Below, piece by piece: positions 12,807-24,900 of a stretch of 64,000 bases of DNA. A program made the translations under genes and the position numbers. The notes beneath the pieces are model-generated. The model searched no databases, was not told where the DNA came from, and was given only the letters and a program-made list of their open reading frames with translations. The stretch is from Eimeria praecox (lineage: Eukaryota), in NCBI GenBank assembly GCA_963920595.1, contig OY986946.1:1922001-1986000 (forward strand), read 5' to 3'. Position 1 is the first letter of the stretch. Every line of letters starts with the position of its first letter.

Positions 12807-14900
12807 GTTTTAGGACTGGGTGGATAGGCTGTCCAGCTCATTATCGCTAGTCTTTTCTTGTTTGTGGTGTTGGATCGTCAAAAGCGCCGTTTGGCGGGTG
12901 TAACTGAATCCCTGGCATTCTTCTGCCGAACCTAACTTAGTCGAAATACGCCCGAGACGAAAACATCCTTCTCTATGCGCTAGCCTAAAGTTTATCTAAC
13001 GTTCGGCCGGCCTTTGAATAGTGGCCGTTTTTGCTACGGCTTCAAAAGAACCCTCCTTTGTTTGCAGCCGGGAAGCCTGAACAGCCTGCATGGTGTTTTG
13101 CCCGCCGGTTCTGCTGTGTAAAGAGATGCTATTCAGTCTACGGCACGACGGAGCTTGACGGTTCAAGCTCACATTTGTGGCATGTTTCCTCAGGTTAGCC
13201 GTGTCAAGAGGTTTCAAGGTTTTCTAATCCTGTATGCCGAGCCCATATTTTAATGCACACCGGAAGCCATGCAGGCACTCCATGTAAAACCAGCATTTTT
13301 ATCCTATAGTGCCAAAAACGCATAAATGCACTTAAGCTTTGCGCGACTGGACTACTAATAAATCAGTCCCCTTGATAAATCTGGGTCAGGTTGTTTTTTT
13401 CTACGGCATGCCTTGAAAAGAAACGCATTCCCTCATGATACGTTTTGCAGTTTAACCTGCTGAGTCGTTTTCAGTGTGCTACTGCGCTATAATTTGTTTC
13501 CACGCGTTGGATTCAGTATCGGCAAATGCTTTCCTTAGTGCTTGACGAAATAGGCAAGCCCCATTACATCTTTCAGTGTTGTCATCGTCTTCAGCATGGC
13601 CTATAACGTAATGCGCGGCGCTACAATGCTGACCCTTACTCCAAAGTTCACAGAGCACAATAAAAACACCATATAGAACTAGTCGCCCTTAGTATATAAC
13701 AGTTCCGGTTACGGAGTAGAGGCAGAGTGTCCTGGTGTTGGGCTTTGGATAGGGGCTGGTTTGGCGCAGAAGTAAAGCCGTGCGTGAAGTGGAGTGAGGA
13801 GGAGGTCTTTTACAGGGAGACTCTGAAACACTGAATAAATGAGGTTTTCATGCTTTTCAAAGTACTCTCTTGAGGGACACTGCACAGACAGAGATTTATC
13901 GGCTTTAGTCCTTCTGGGATCATATGCAAGGATTGTGCAGCGCATAGCTTACCATTCGCTGACGGCAGGAATTTGTTACGGCACCTGCATGACGTGTTAT
14001 AAGGCTTATAAAAATTGGAATAGGCGTGAACAATATACCCTATAATCATTCAAGAGACACTCTTGGGTCAAAGCTCAGTCTAGGTTTTAGAACTGAGCAC
14101 GCTCCTCCGTGGCCATCAACAGGACTCTGTGTAGTGAACAGCTGGCCTACACTGTTACTACGATAGATCCCTAGGTTAGACAGAGTAAGTGCACACGCTA
14201 CTATCGCGCTCTTATACCTATGATTCTCGCTGAAACCACTAATAAAAACCGTTAACAATCAAATATATGATTGAGTTCCTATTATTGTTCCCCAAGAAAA
14301 CCCAGCACCATAGAACTGATTCCCCGACCCTCGCTGAGGGCCAGGTCCAGAGTCACAGCAACAGCCTCACACCCAGCCCCAAGCTGGTGCCCGCTGGCGA
14401 GCACTCTGATCCTGTTGGGCTCCCTTTCTAAATAAAAGTGTCCTAATCCCTAAAATCTTCTATAGTGTTCATTCCTTTTCTTGATACTAGGCCTCTAGAG
14501 GCCACACCAGAGATCCATTGTAGTGCGTGTGCACTACACTCCGTTCCACATACTTGCTGGTAAATGGGGCTTGCATTCAGGTGCACACTTTCCGGAGGGC
14601 ATCAGCTTTAGAATTTTAGAAAGGCTTTCGGATATTTTGTTGAGAATGTGCCTGAGAAGAGACTGACGGGCAAAAAAAGATTTTCAGAGAGCTCCCTTGA
14701 GCCTATTCTTCCTGTTGTTAATTTTCCTTTGGCTCCACCCCGTGTCTTTACTCGAATACAAGCAATAAAGGTAAGAAGACCTCAAACAATCTTGTCAAAT
14801 GTACAGCATACGGATCATGAAAGGACAGGTACAATAAGCGTTTCGAGGCCAGAACTAAGTAGCGATCTAGGGTGGTGTGCAGACGTGCAGAAGCACCCCA

Positions 14901-17900
14901 ATGGCTACGCCAAGCTCAGACTCCGACGGACCCCCCGAAATACCAGACGAGGATAGACCCAGTCATTCCACGTTTGCTCGGAAAACTTCAGTGCAAAACA
15001 ATTACAATGTTCACACGCAGATCCACCAGCCCGCTCCACCTCATCATGTGGCAGCACTCGTTGGGGCGAAGCGTGTTCAACGCTCCATTCTGCCGCAACC
15101 GGCGGTACAGACAGCATGTAAACAGCATGAACGGGATCCTAATGCTTCCGCTAAAACTGACCAAGAAGACCTATGCCTAGCCGTCCCGCTTGAAGACGGC
15201 AATTGTGTACTTAGGGCTACTCCCGAGAGGCTGGAATTCCAAATGGATTGCCGCAATCCTTACACGTTGAAAGGCGCTAAGCCGTTGAGGCAAGAAATAG
15301 TGTTGCAAAACGTCAGTAATCACACTGTTTCATTTGTCGTGTTTCCCCCTTCATCGAAGGCATTCTCCCTATCGTGTCCACAAAAGAAACCTTTCCTTTC
15401 CGCTGGAATGCAGCAGCGCATGCAGGTTTCCTTTTGCCCTGATGTGTATGCGCCCCAAGCAGATTTCATTAAAGTGGTCGTGTCCATTCGCTCAGTACAT
15501 GATGCGGTAACTGGTAGCAGCAGAAAGCAGAGTGGCAAGGATAGACGATTTGAGGACTCGCTTTTTCTGAAGCGCATTCCTCTCCGTGCTGTAGTGCACT
15601 GCAGAGTCAAAGAAGACAACCCTATTGCACCTCCCACCACTATCTCCAACGAAGTGTATGAATGCCGAACAGACGGAGAATTTGTGCCATTCTCAATATT
15701 ATGCAGTCTGGATTTTGGCGAAACTAAGGTAGGATCAGTGAGGCAACGACGTCTGGTCCTTCCTGCGGCTCTGTGGGCGCCTGTCGAGTTTACAGTAAAG
15801 CTAACAAAACAAAATAGAGCATTTTCAGTAAATCCACTAAATGGCATCATCGGCCCTCGTGAGCATGTGATTCTTTGGCTTCAATTCGCTCCTTCCCTCC
15901 ATATCGAATATACAGATGAATTACTGGTATTTCTCGGCCCTAACGCCAATCCCCACCGAGTGGCACTAAAAGGAAATGGTGTACCCTTACAAACTGAGAG
16001 CCAGAGCGCATTGACTCGCAGAAAGAGCTGCCAGATGCTAGAAAACTCTCCTCGATTGGAGTCCTCTACGAGGTTCGCGGAGAAGCACTCCTCCACAACC
16101 CAGGCGGCTAAAGAAATCAATTATAGTCAACAAATTGGAGAGTCCCTAGGCTTCCCATCATCGATGGACAACCCAAGGGAGCAGATGAAGCCAGAAACGT
16201 GTGCGGAGACGTCAGCGGCTGAATCCAGTATGAATTTGACGGATGATAGGCCCAACCAACCATTTATCGCTCATGCCCTTAAGTGTCCTTCGAGAAGGCG
16301 CGAATGCGTTGCCAAAGGGACAAGCTATACTGTCACTCCTACCAGTGCAGCTAAACGCCTTGACAGCACCAAGTACGGCGAAGGAGCTATTTCGAAACAG
16401 TACTTGGACGAGCGTTGGGCTGACTTGGTGGCTGTCCTAAGAGCTCAAAAACTGGGAACGCAGACAGTGAAGGGGGGCGCCCTGCCATCTGATGCCGCTG
16501 TTCAGAAAATCCAACTAAAAAGGGCAGAAGAGGTGCAACGAATGCTTCGGCTCCTGCAAATTCAAGACAGGAACCGGAGCAGCTGCGTATTTGCAGGCGC
16601 CCCTGTTGCTCCTTCCCGAACAGCCACCCAAAGCACTCTACACTCCACCTGTAGCTCACAGGAGAAGGGATCCATGGTACGGAAACTGTGGAGAAGCGAG
16701 CTTATCATCAGGTTTCAGCAAGCTGCAGCAGCTGTCGTTCTCCGCACAAGGATGGCGAGGCGCTTAGAAGCAATACGCTCATGGATTCGTTCCCACAATT
16801 TACGAGAGGAAGCGAATCAACCCGGAGCCCCAGAGAAGCAGCACCAAAACGGCCCGTCCAATTGTCTAAATTCACCCCAACATCCAGGACATGATCTCGA
16901 AAAGGGCTTTCATCAGCGCGCTCCAGTTCATACAAATACACCACAGCAAAATGAGAAATTTGTAGGCGGGCTTCCAAAGTGTCAAGGTAATGCTTCACTG
17001 GCAGGATCAACCGTAGTAGAGGTTCCAACAGTTGTGAAGTCTGTAGAAGGTTCAGCCGGCTTACAAGGACAAGAATCACACGGGGTTACTGATGAGTATA
17101 GATGGCGAGTAAAGCTTGTTCCTCCGAGGTTTTCGTTTTTGGCGGATAGCAATGGAGAGTGGGAGTGGCAGAGCATTCCGGGCCCGGAATTCTGGGGAAA
17201 GGAGAACCTTAATGTCGCAGAACTCTTTACCTGCATGCAGCACAACGCACCGTTGTCAGCCTTATCGAAGCGTGATGTTGATGTTTTTCACCTAAAGGAG
17301 GAAGACGTGATAACCTGCACTGGAGGTTTAGAAGTCACAGACATGGATCTCCTCCAGTCTCTTTTAGACGCAACTCCACCATTAATAGACGATAAAACGT
17401 GGGTGCGGTGCATGCCATCGTCTAAACACGCGCTAGATGATGCTAAAACCTCGTTGACGACGAGGTCAAGGTCTCAGGGAGTTAATGGAACTTTAGATAC
17501 TGCTGGCCTTTTGCCGCCCGAGGAACCGAGTGCTTTGGCTGCAGTAGCTTGGCGTTTTGTCGCTTCGGCGCCACCCTACTCAAGCGCCTGTATGCAAGTG
17601 CCTCATATTATCGAGACAGATCTCGCCTACATTATCCTGCAGGTGGGCACAGTCGTCAGCTGCGGAATAAACTGTATAGTTCAAACACGCCTGCAGTTAG
17701 CGCCTATCCGCCAGCCTCTTTATCATTTGGCGTCGCCTTCATGCAGCCACCCGTAGCTCCTTTTGCCTCGTCGACCGAAGTGCCCCTGTCCCTGCATTAC
17801 TCCCTGCTTTTTGTCTTCCCTTACTTATCCCATTTAATGACAAATTTAGTGTTCGGCGCTTGCTCAGCTGAAACAATGATGTGGGGTGGATGGATGTTCC

Positions 17901-18411
17901 AGGCAGCTGCTCAGGCGGAGACAAACCATGCTGCCGAGAATATATTGCCACCCTTTTCGGAAATCCCCCCGCTCCGCTGCAGCATGTCTGAGCTCAACTC
18001 TGTGGCTGCAGGGGCGCTTTGGCCACCTGGTGCCCACCAAACATTAATTCGGGCTTCCCACAGAAGTTTTGATGAGCAGGTGATTTTGCCTGTCTTCCAG
18101 GGCTTTGCACGTGCAGCAGCAGTCTGTCCCTGTCCGTCGGGGCTGACTGTCATGCATTGCCGGTTCATGAGTGTATTGTGCAGGGTGGCGACAAGAGGCG
18201 GGAATCAGCCGGAATAGATGCACTGGAGCCTACAGAGGAAAAGGACTCTCATGCGCTCGCTTTCGAGGAGTGCGTCAACAGAGCAGATGCTCTAAAGAGG
18301 GACAGCAAGATTCTTGCGAGTATCTGGGGGCTCGCTAGATGCGAACAAGTGGAGCTCCTGAGTGGAGTTAACAGAACTCTGCCTCAGGAATTCCAAATCC
18401 CCTATTTGTGA
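14901..18411 (+). CDS. CFAP221: Cilia- and flagella-associated protein 221 (PCDP1)-like central-pair protein, ~1048 aa, 3 exons
   Basis: Exons 14901-17642, 17903-18079, 18184-18411 (GT-AG, phase 0). Two tandem ASH/Hydin-type Ig-like domains (ATPERLEF...LQNVSN...VFPPSSKAF...LSAGM...VSFCPD and LDFGETKVG...AFSVNPLNGIIGP...LQFAP...LKGNG). The helix RFQQAAAAVVLRTRMARRL matches the CFAP221 motif as remembered. Confidence 0.8.
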
Positions 18412-21400
18412 GGGCCCCGCAAAGGAGAGTCCATCAACTACTGCGCAAGTATCCGCAGTCCTGCGTAGTCGTCGGTTCGCTATTTCACTTGTCTATATAT
18501 TATTAGCACTCGTAGGTTGAGCACTACTGCTTACCCGCAGAGAACTTCCAAAAGGCCTTGAAGCCCGCTTGAAGTGTGTGCACTCTGATGACAGGGAATA
18601 GGTGAATGCTTCATGCAGAAGGAGCTCCCACTGATCGCTCGATCTTGAGCAACTGCGGCTGCTGGTTATTAGTTTCCGTTTCTCAATGGTACCCGCCAGG
18701 GAATAGTCCTAAACTCAGGATCTACGCAACACGCGTATACAATATGCGACCACTCCTGAGCCTCTTGCTTGCAACTCCACTTTTCAGATGAGCAACGTAC
18801 AAGGGGATACGTGATAGCCTGGTCATTAAAGTTAAGAATCTATCTTAAATGGACCATATTTGCGTGATCTGGGCCGTAGCATATGTTCAGAACAACATAA
18901 CTCTATGAATGCATTGGTCACCTATTCAGGGCCGCCCAGGCGGTGTCAAGCACAGGGCAGCGTTTGGGACTGACAATGAGGCGCGTGCATCCCGTCCTTA
19001 GGCTCTTGCGAACACACCAGAGGAGCACTGTAAGTGAGTACAATTGAAGGATATGCTTCAAATAGCAACGCGCGCCTAGCTGGCTGAGTGCCCACCTGGC
19101 GCCCCTTACGCAGCATCATGACAACCCCGGTGGTAAGTGGAAGGATGATTCCGGGGTATAGCCGGTTCCGTCACCTTGAATGGGAACTTGGCCACGAAGC
19201 GGATGAGCCGCTTATGAAGGCAGTTTTTAATAGTCAGGTAGGGAATACAATGCTGGCGAGGAGGAAGGACAGAAGGTGGCCTGTGCGCATTGATCTCAAG
19301 GGCACCAACAGACTGACAATGAATCAAAGGACTTCTCAAACTCACATCGAAGAACTACACATCCAATGAAGCAGCTTAAGAGTATAGTCGTTATATGAAC
19401 GCCATGCTACGTTTCTGTAGCCATGCCTGGATACAGACACCAAACTGCACTGCACACTAGCTTTTCCCTTTCTCGCCTCAGTTCCTAAATGCAGCGAGAA
19501 AACTACACTGGCCGGCTATTCACACCTTAGTGAGCTCAAACAATGAGGGCTGCAGAATGAGCAAACGCGCGGGTGTTCTCCCCTAGTCTACAGCACTCCC
19601 AGCAGCTACGTCGAGGGCTCGAACTCCTACACAGAGCTTAGTGGAGTTCAAAAGCACAACCACCACAAAGCAACTAGCTTCCCATTAATTTTTTTCTGTA
19701 CCGCAAAATTAGTGCCAGACACAGCTAATGTAGAGGGCAATTGAAGGAGGGTGCTAGTCCTTCCGTCCCGGGACGCCAACGGGATTTACAAGTTCGTCAA
19801 GCCCGCGATGTTGCAACGCAGCGCGGATCCGTTCTGAATGGAGCACACAGCATTTTGAGATGCAGAAAGAATAAGAAACAGCCGAAGAGCACGTTATCCT
19901 CCTGAGGCCGCCTTAAGCCAGCGTAAAGAAAGGCTTGTTTGGTGGCCTTACCGTTGAGCAGGGCTTTCGGCCAGTGGATCAATAGGTCGCACACCGTGGA
20001 TACTGGCGTCCGCCCCCAACGCCCATTTATCTGGTGTCATGCTTTTGAACTTCCCTTCTATGTAGTAAGGCTTTTGAGATGATTTCCTTCTTAATTCTCA
20101 CGTTATCGGCCGTTTGCAATTCATGCCATCACAACGAAGGACAGTTTCCGAACCTCACCACAGGTTGCCACTTGCTGTGATCATGCAAACCGTGGACTAC
20201 GTCGATTATTCTTCATGTGGCCGCCTTTTACACACAATTGTCCCAGATAGGCGTGATAACAATATATGGCCGCGTCAAGGTTGAAATGATGGGGGAGGAT
20301 ATTCAGGTGCTTTAACGGATTAGGAAGCTTCCTTCAATAGATTATTACGTCCTTCCTTGCCCACAGTCTCACCAGTTAAAACCCCTTCAGCTCACCCCAT
20401 CGTAGAGTTCCCTGACCCTAAGTAGTTTTTGACGGAGTCTGGTTCTTTTTTACCAACTGTAAGCTTGAGCGAAACTTGAATGCGCCGCATTACAATGTTG
20501 ACCCCTAGGGAAACATTGGGTCCATGGAGTTCAAGAAGAACGGCAAATAGAACTAGAAACCCCAAACATACAACGGCTCCGGTTACTGAAACCTTTGGAA
20601 ACCTCCGGAAGGTACAAGAGCTTATGGGATCCCGAAGCGGAGAGCTGTTGTGCGAAGGTCACGCTCACGTCCTGCACTGAATTATCCATGGTCTGCATAG
20701 GATTATGCCGTACTGGCTCCTCCGCAAGAGAAGTCCCGAATCATGTGCCGTACGGCCCACTCCTAAATGAATGTTGCCCCGCATGTCTGCAGGTTAAGTT
20801 TGCCATCATTTCATGCTCGCTGCGTGGCGTAACTGCAGACACCGGGAGGCGGGTCGAACACATGGGTTCTGCCGCTGCGCCGTATCCCGACTTCGGAGTC
20901 TGGTTCAACTGCCTCTGGAGCCTTTCAGCCATGAGAGTAAATGATGATATGCCCGCTGATAGCCCTCTTTAGTCCCTTAGAATACGTAGCTCCCCAGGAG
21001 AACCGGATCTGCCGTTCGGTGGGTCCCCTTCTTGGCGGGTGATAAATGTATTTGCCCCCCAGTTGTCTTAGGTGCTCTTTTTTCTGTCAGTGTGCAGCGG
21101 TTCGGCAGTCGTGACCCTTACATCCTCGCATTCTACTCCCTCCTGCATTTCCAGTCCCCTTGCCCTTCCATTTATTGCCGAGATGTCGTTCTCTTCCTTT
21201 TGTCCGCATGTTTCTCATAACCGTTGCAACTGCTAACAGTTTCCCTCGCGAGCTTTTTTTTCGACGCAAAACAATTCATGGAATGCTTTTTCCTAACGGC
21301 AAGCGTTGACGCTATTCATTGATACAGAAATCTGGAGTTAACAATATACATGCCCTTAGACACGAGCTGATAACCCTTGACGTGGCCTCCTCTTGAAAGC

Positions 21401-21959
21401 GTCCCCTGCGTAGGCTTCCACGCCTACCTTGGCGGCCGGAAGAATCCGGGATGAAAATGTACCGTTTTGCGCGCCAACCGGGTCGCGTAGTTTGACTCCG
21501 GTTCGTGGTAGTGACACCCTGGCTTACATGGCCCAACTATAGTTGAGCTTTCCGCTTAAAAGGATGAAGGCATGTAGACGTCAGGTGTAGGTTTGGCCTG
21601 ACTTTCACAAGTTGATAGTGTACAAATCTGGGAATCTACAGAGCTCTATCCCTTTCTTTTCTTTCCTGAAATAGGCATGTTAGGTCAAGAGGGGCAAGAA
21701 CAAGGCCCAGTTCTGATTGTTCTTGAACGTGATGGGTATTTGTAGCTGGTAGATACAGCCTCCGTCAAGCCACAGAGAAACAGTTACGCGTTGCAGCCAT
21801 TGTTACTAAGCAGCGTGCCCTAACAAGGTTTTGTTCAAGATTATTTGTTGCTGAAAAAGCATTTCCTCGAATGAAGAGTGCTCTAGCTCAGAAGCGCCTG
21901 TCCAAACTGAGTTTCACAGGCCAACCCAGCCAGTCTTTAGCAGTGGATTGCTACCAGCT

Positions 21960-24900
21960 ATGGCAAGCGTAAGAAATCGAGCAGCAATTATGGACAACTC
22001 AGGGGCTAGGCTCTATCAGAGGAGCTACCGCTGGGGCCAAAGTCCGGCTGCGCGCAGCGCACGGCCAGCCACCAGCGTTTGGGGGTGGTGGGCTACTGGT
22101 ACAGTGGGAAGGCGCTCCCAAAAGGGCATACCTCTCACTGAGTTCGGCAACTGCCTCAGCGATACTCGGAGTTCTCAGCAGAGCAGTGCTTTCGCCAGCT
22201 TCCAGGCAAACTTAACAAGCTTTCAGAAGGTATTAACCATCCCATATATCGATTGGGCTTGCGTATCGTGCTTGAATTCCATAAGCAAAGGATGCGTGCA
22301 TACCAAGTTGCACAATAATCACTTAATATTGGAAACGTTGTTGTCTCCTTATCATTTTTTGCAAGCGTTTGCTTGTCCAAGCCGGCTGTACAGGACAGCC
22401 TGAGTTTCTAGGCTCCAGGGTGATACAAAGGTGTAACCGGTAATGGTATACCGCATAGCAAAACATGGTCACCGTCAGCAGCACTGTAGGAGCAGCCTTG
22501 CCACAGATCCAACACTACGGGGGAATAAACCCTGTCTTATGAGCAATCGAAGAAATTTTGCTCAGACTCAAAGGCAATACAGCAGTCACCTGTGATTCCC
22601 CCTACAAAATGTCTGCTTATGAAGGCGTGTGAGGTCGATCCCAGCCCCAAAGTGCAGCGCATGCATCTGGTGTGCAGCCCCGTAGCAAGTGTTGGCATGG
22701 CTTTGGCATGATGAAGGCTAATTCCGAGCAACGTGTTGCTGATTACATCAAATGCAACCACAAATACGACTTAGTGCAAGCAAAGCCTTTGCGTTTTGCC
22801 CCATGAGGTTCAGCACAGCATATGAATTGCTACTTTCAGCTATAAAGACCTGAAACTCAGTGCTGGATGGAGAGGAGCCCTGGATGTCGCTTTAACAAAT
22901 TTTCTCCCACTGTTAGACGAAAAATGAAGCATAGAAAGACCGGAGCGCAGGCACATCGAAGTCATTGAAGTTTAGGGGCAGTTAGAAAGAAGATCTTAAC
23001 ATGAAATGTCGTACTGCAGAGTGTAGTCCAACAGTTCTGTGGACTAGAGGCTCATCCGCATACTCCCAAAGAAAAAACAGCCATTTAGCGAGAAGGAACA
23101 TTTTAAGCACACCGTTGTAGCAATGAGTTACTGACATAGTTGCTGCTGGCCAAAACCCCTCCTAACTGTGGCGGAGGCGGCATGAAGAGGACCTGAGGGA
23201 GGCGAATTTATAACAGGGTGTGTTTCAGCAGAGTTCTTTTTGTTTGCCAATGCCTCAAAATATCTTGAAGACCTGTAGTGGCGGCCATACGCCGGGCTCT
23301 GCTGGTCTTACGCTACATCACTTTCTGAGATCAGGAGTTCCTGCGCCCCCGTTGGATTCACACCGAATCAAACCGCATACTCAAGACCATGACAGTGCGA
23401 GAATTGGCTTTTTTGAATGTCACGTTTGCTTGCTGCCGAAGAGGGTGACCGGACAAGGCAAGATTCCCCAGACCCCTGAATCGCCTGAAGGCTCCCATCG
23501 GGCTTCCAACAGCCTCTTTGGGTTGTACCGTCTCTCCTCCGGCACTGCACCCCCCTCCCTAAAGGGTACCGCTTTATTTCAGGAATTATCTCCTGAAAAG
23601 AACCCAACATTTCTTGTGCTTCAGCCGCCTAGCAGTGTGGCAGTGGAAACCGCCTCACACCACATAGCGGATGTTGGCCAGCGCTTCTGGAGGGTGACAT
23701 CCATAATCGAACCCTTCCCATATCCATCTGCGAGAAAACTGAACCACAAGACACAGCATCATGAGACTCAGGTGTGTGAAAGAAAAGAAAAAAAAGAACC
23801 TTGGGACGATGTCCTCTCTCGGGTCGCTAACTGGCTAGTTGCAGACCAGTTAAGCGCTACTGTCCTGGTTCTGGGAGGAAGCCGCCTGCTGGAGAAGCCT
23901 GTTGCTCGCTCTCCACTTGACAGCATTCAGTTGAGCAAACTCGAGAGCAAACCCAGTTGGAGACCCTGCGTGGCTCAGCGTGTATGCGCTCAAGTTTTTG
24001 CACTTGCCCGGCGCCAAACAAATCCGTGTAAGAGGTGGTGTCTGCCTATTGATCAAGCGCAGAAGAGCAGCGCCGCACTACAGATAGCTCTCCTTAATGC
24101 CTGCTTGGCTAGCTGCCAGAGTTCCGAAAGTCAAAAAAACATGCAATCGCGTGTTCACGTGAAGTTACATTTGCAAATCTGAGCTAGCGTAAGGACTGAA
24201 GGAACAAAACAGTGCAGTTGTCAGCGCAGCGGCTTTCCGGAGATAGATGAAACAAAGCATGCTGGGGCTTTTACGTATGCATATTCCTGTGTTTCATGTA
24301 TTCTTATGCTGCGTTAATTGAAGCTTGCGCCTACTGCGTATAGGCAGTTACCCCATTCCTTCGCGACCGCGCAGTACAGAGCGAATAGAACCTTCCATGC
24401 AGCCGTACAAGCACTTTCTAGCACAGCCGTGAGAATTTGCTCTTTGATTTTGTGCATGCGCTATTTGATGCTGTGGGCAGCGATCTGTGCAAGGGTTTCA
24501 TGCTGGTTGGTTAGCTCCCACGGGGTTGTGGATCTTCTGGCTCCTCTCTGCTGCCTCGCCAAACCATCTTGTGCTGGCTGCTTTTTTGACACAATGGCTT
24601 TCACAAGCCTAGAGAACCTGCCGGAAGTTCACTCATCCCGAAGACGGGTTTTTGTCTCTCCTCCGGTAACAGCGCTTGAAGCCTGCAGCCTTATTCAGAA
24701 GGCAAAGGACAGAATGGAAGAACTTAAAGGGACCTTCGCAGATGCAACCACTATGTACGCCCCCCAGAAAACCACGCATGGGTTTTCAAAAGGAGCACTT
24801 TATGCATCACATAGAGTTCGCCTCGCAACACTGCCAATTCTTGAGGAGGGTTTTTCTCTTCAGGTTTGTCCGACTGCAATTATTGCACTGTCGATCTACT

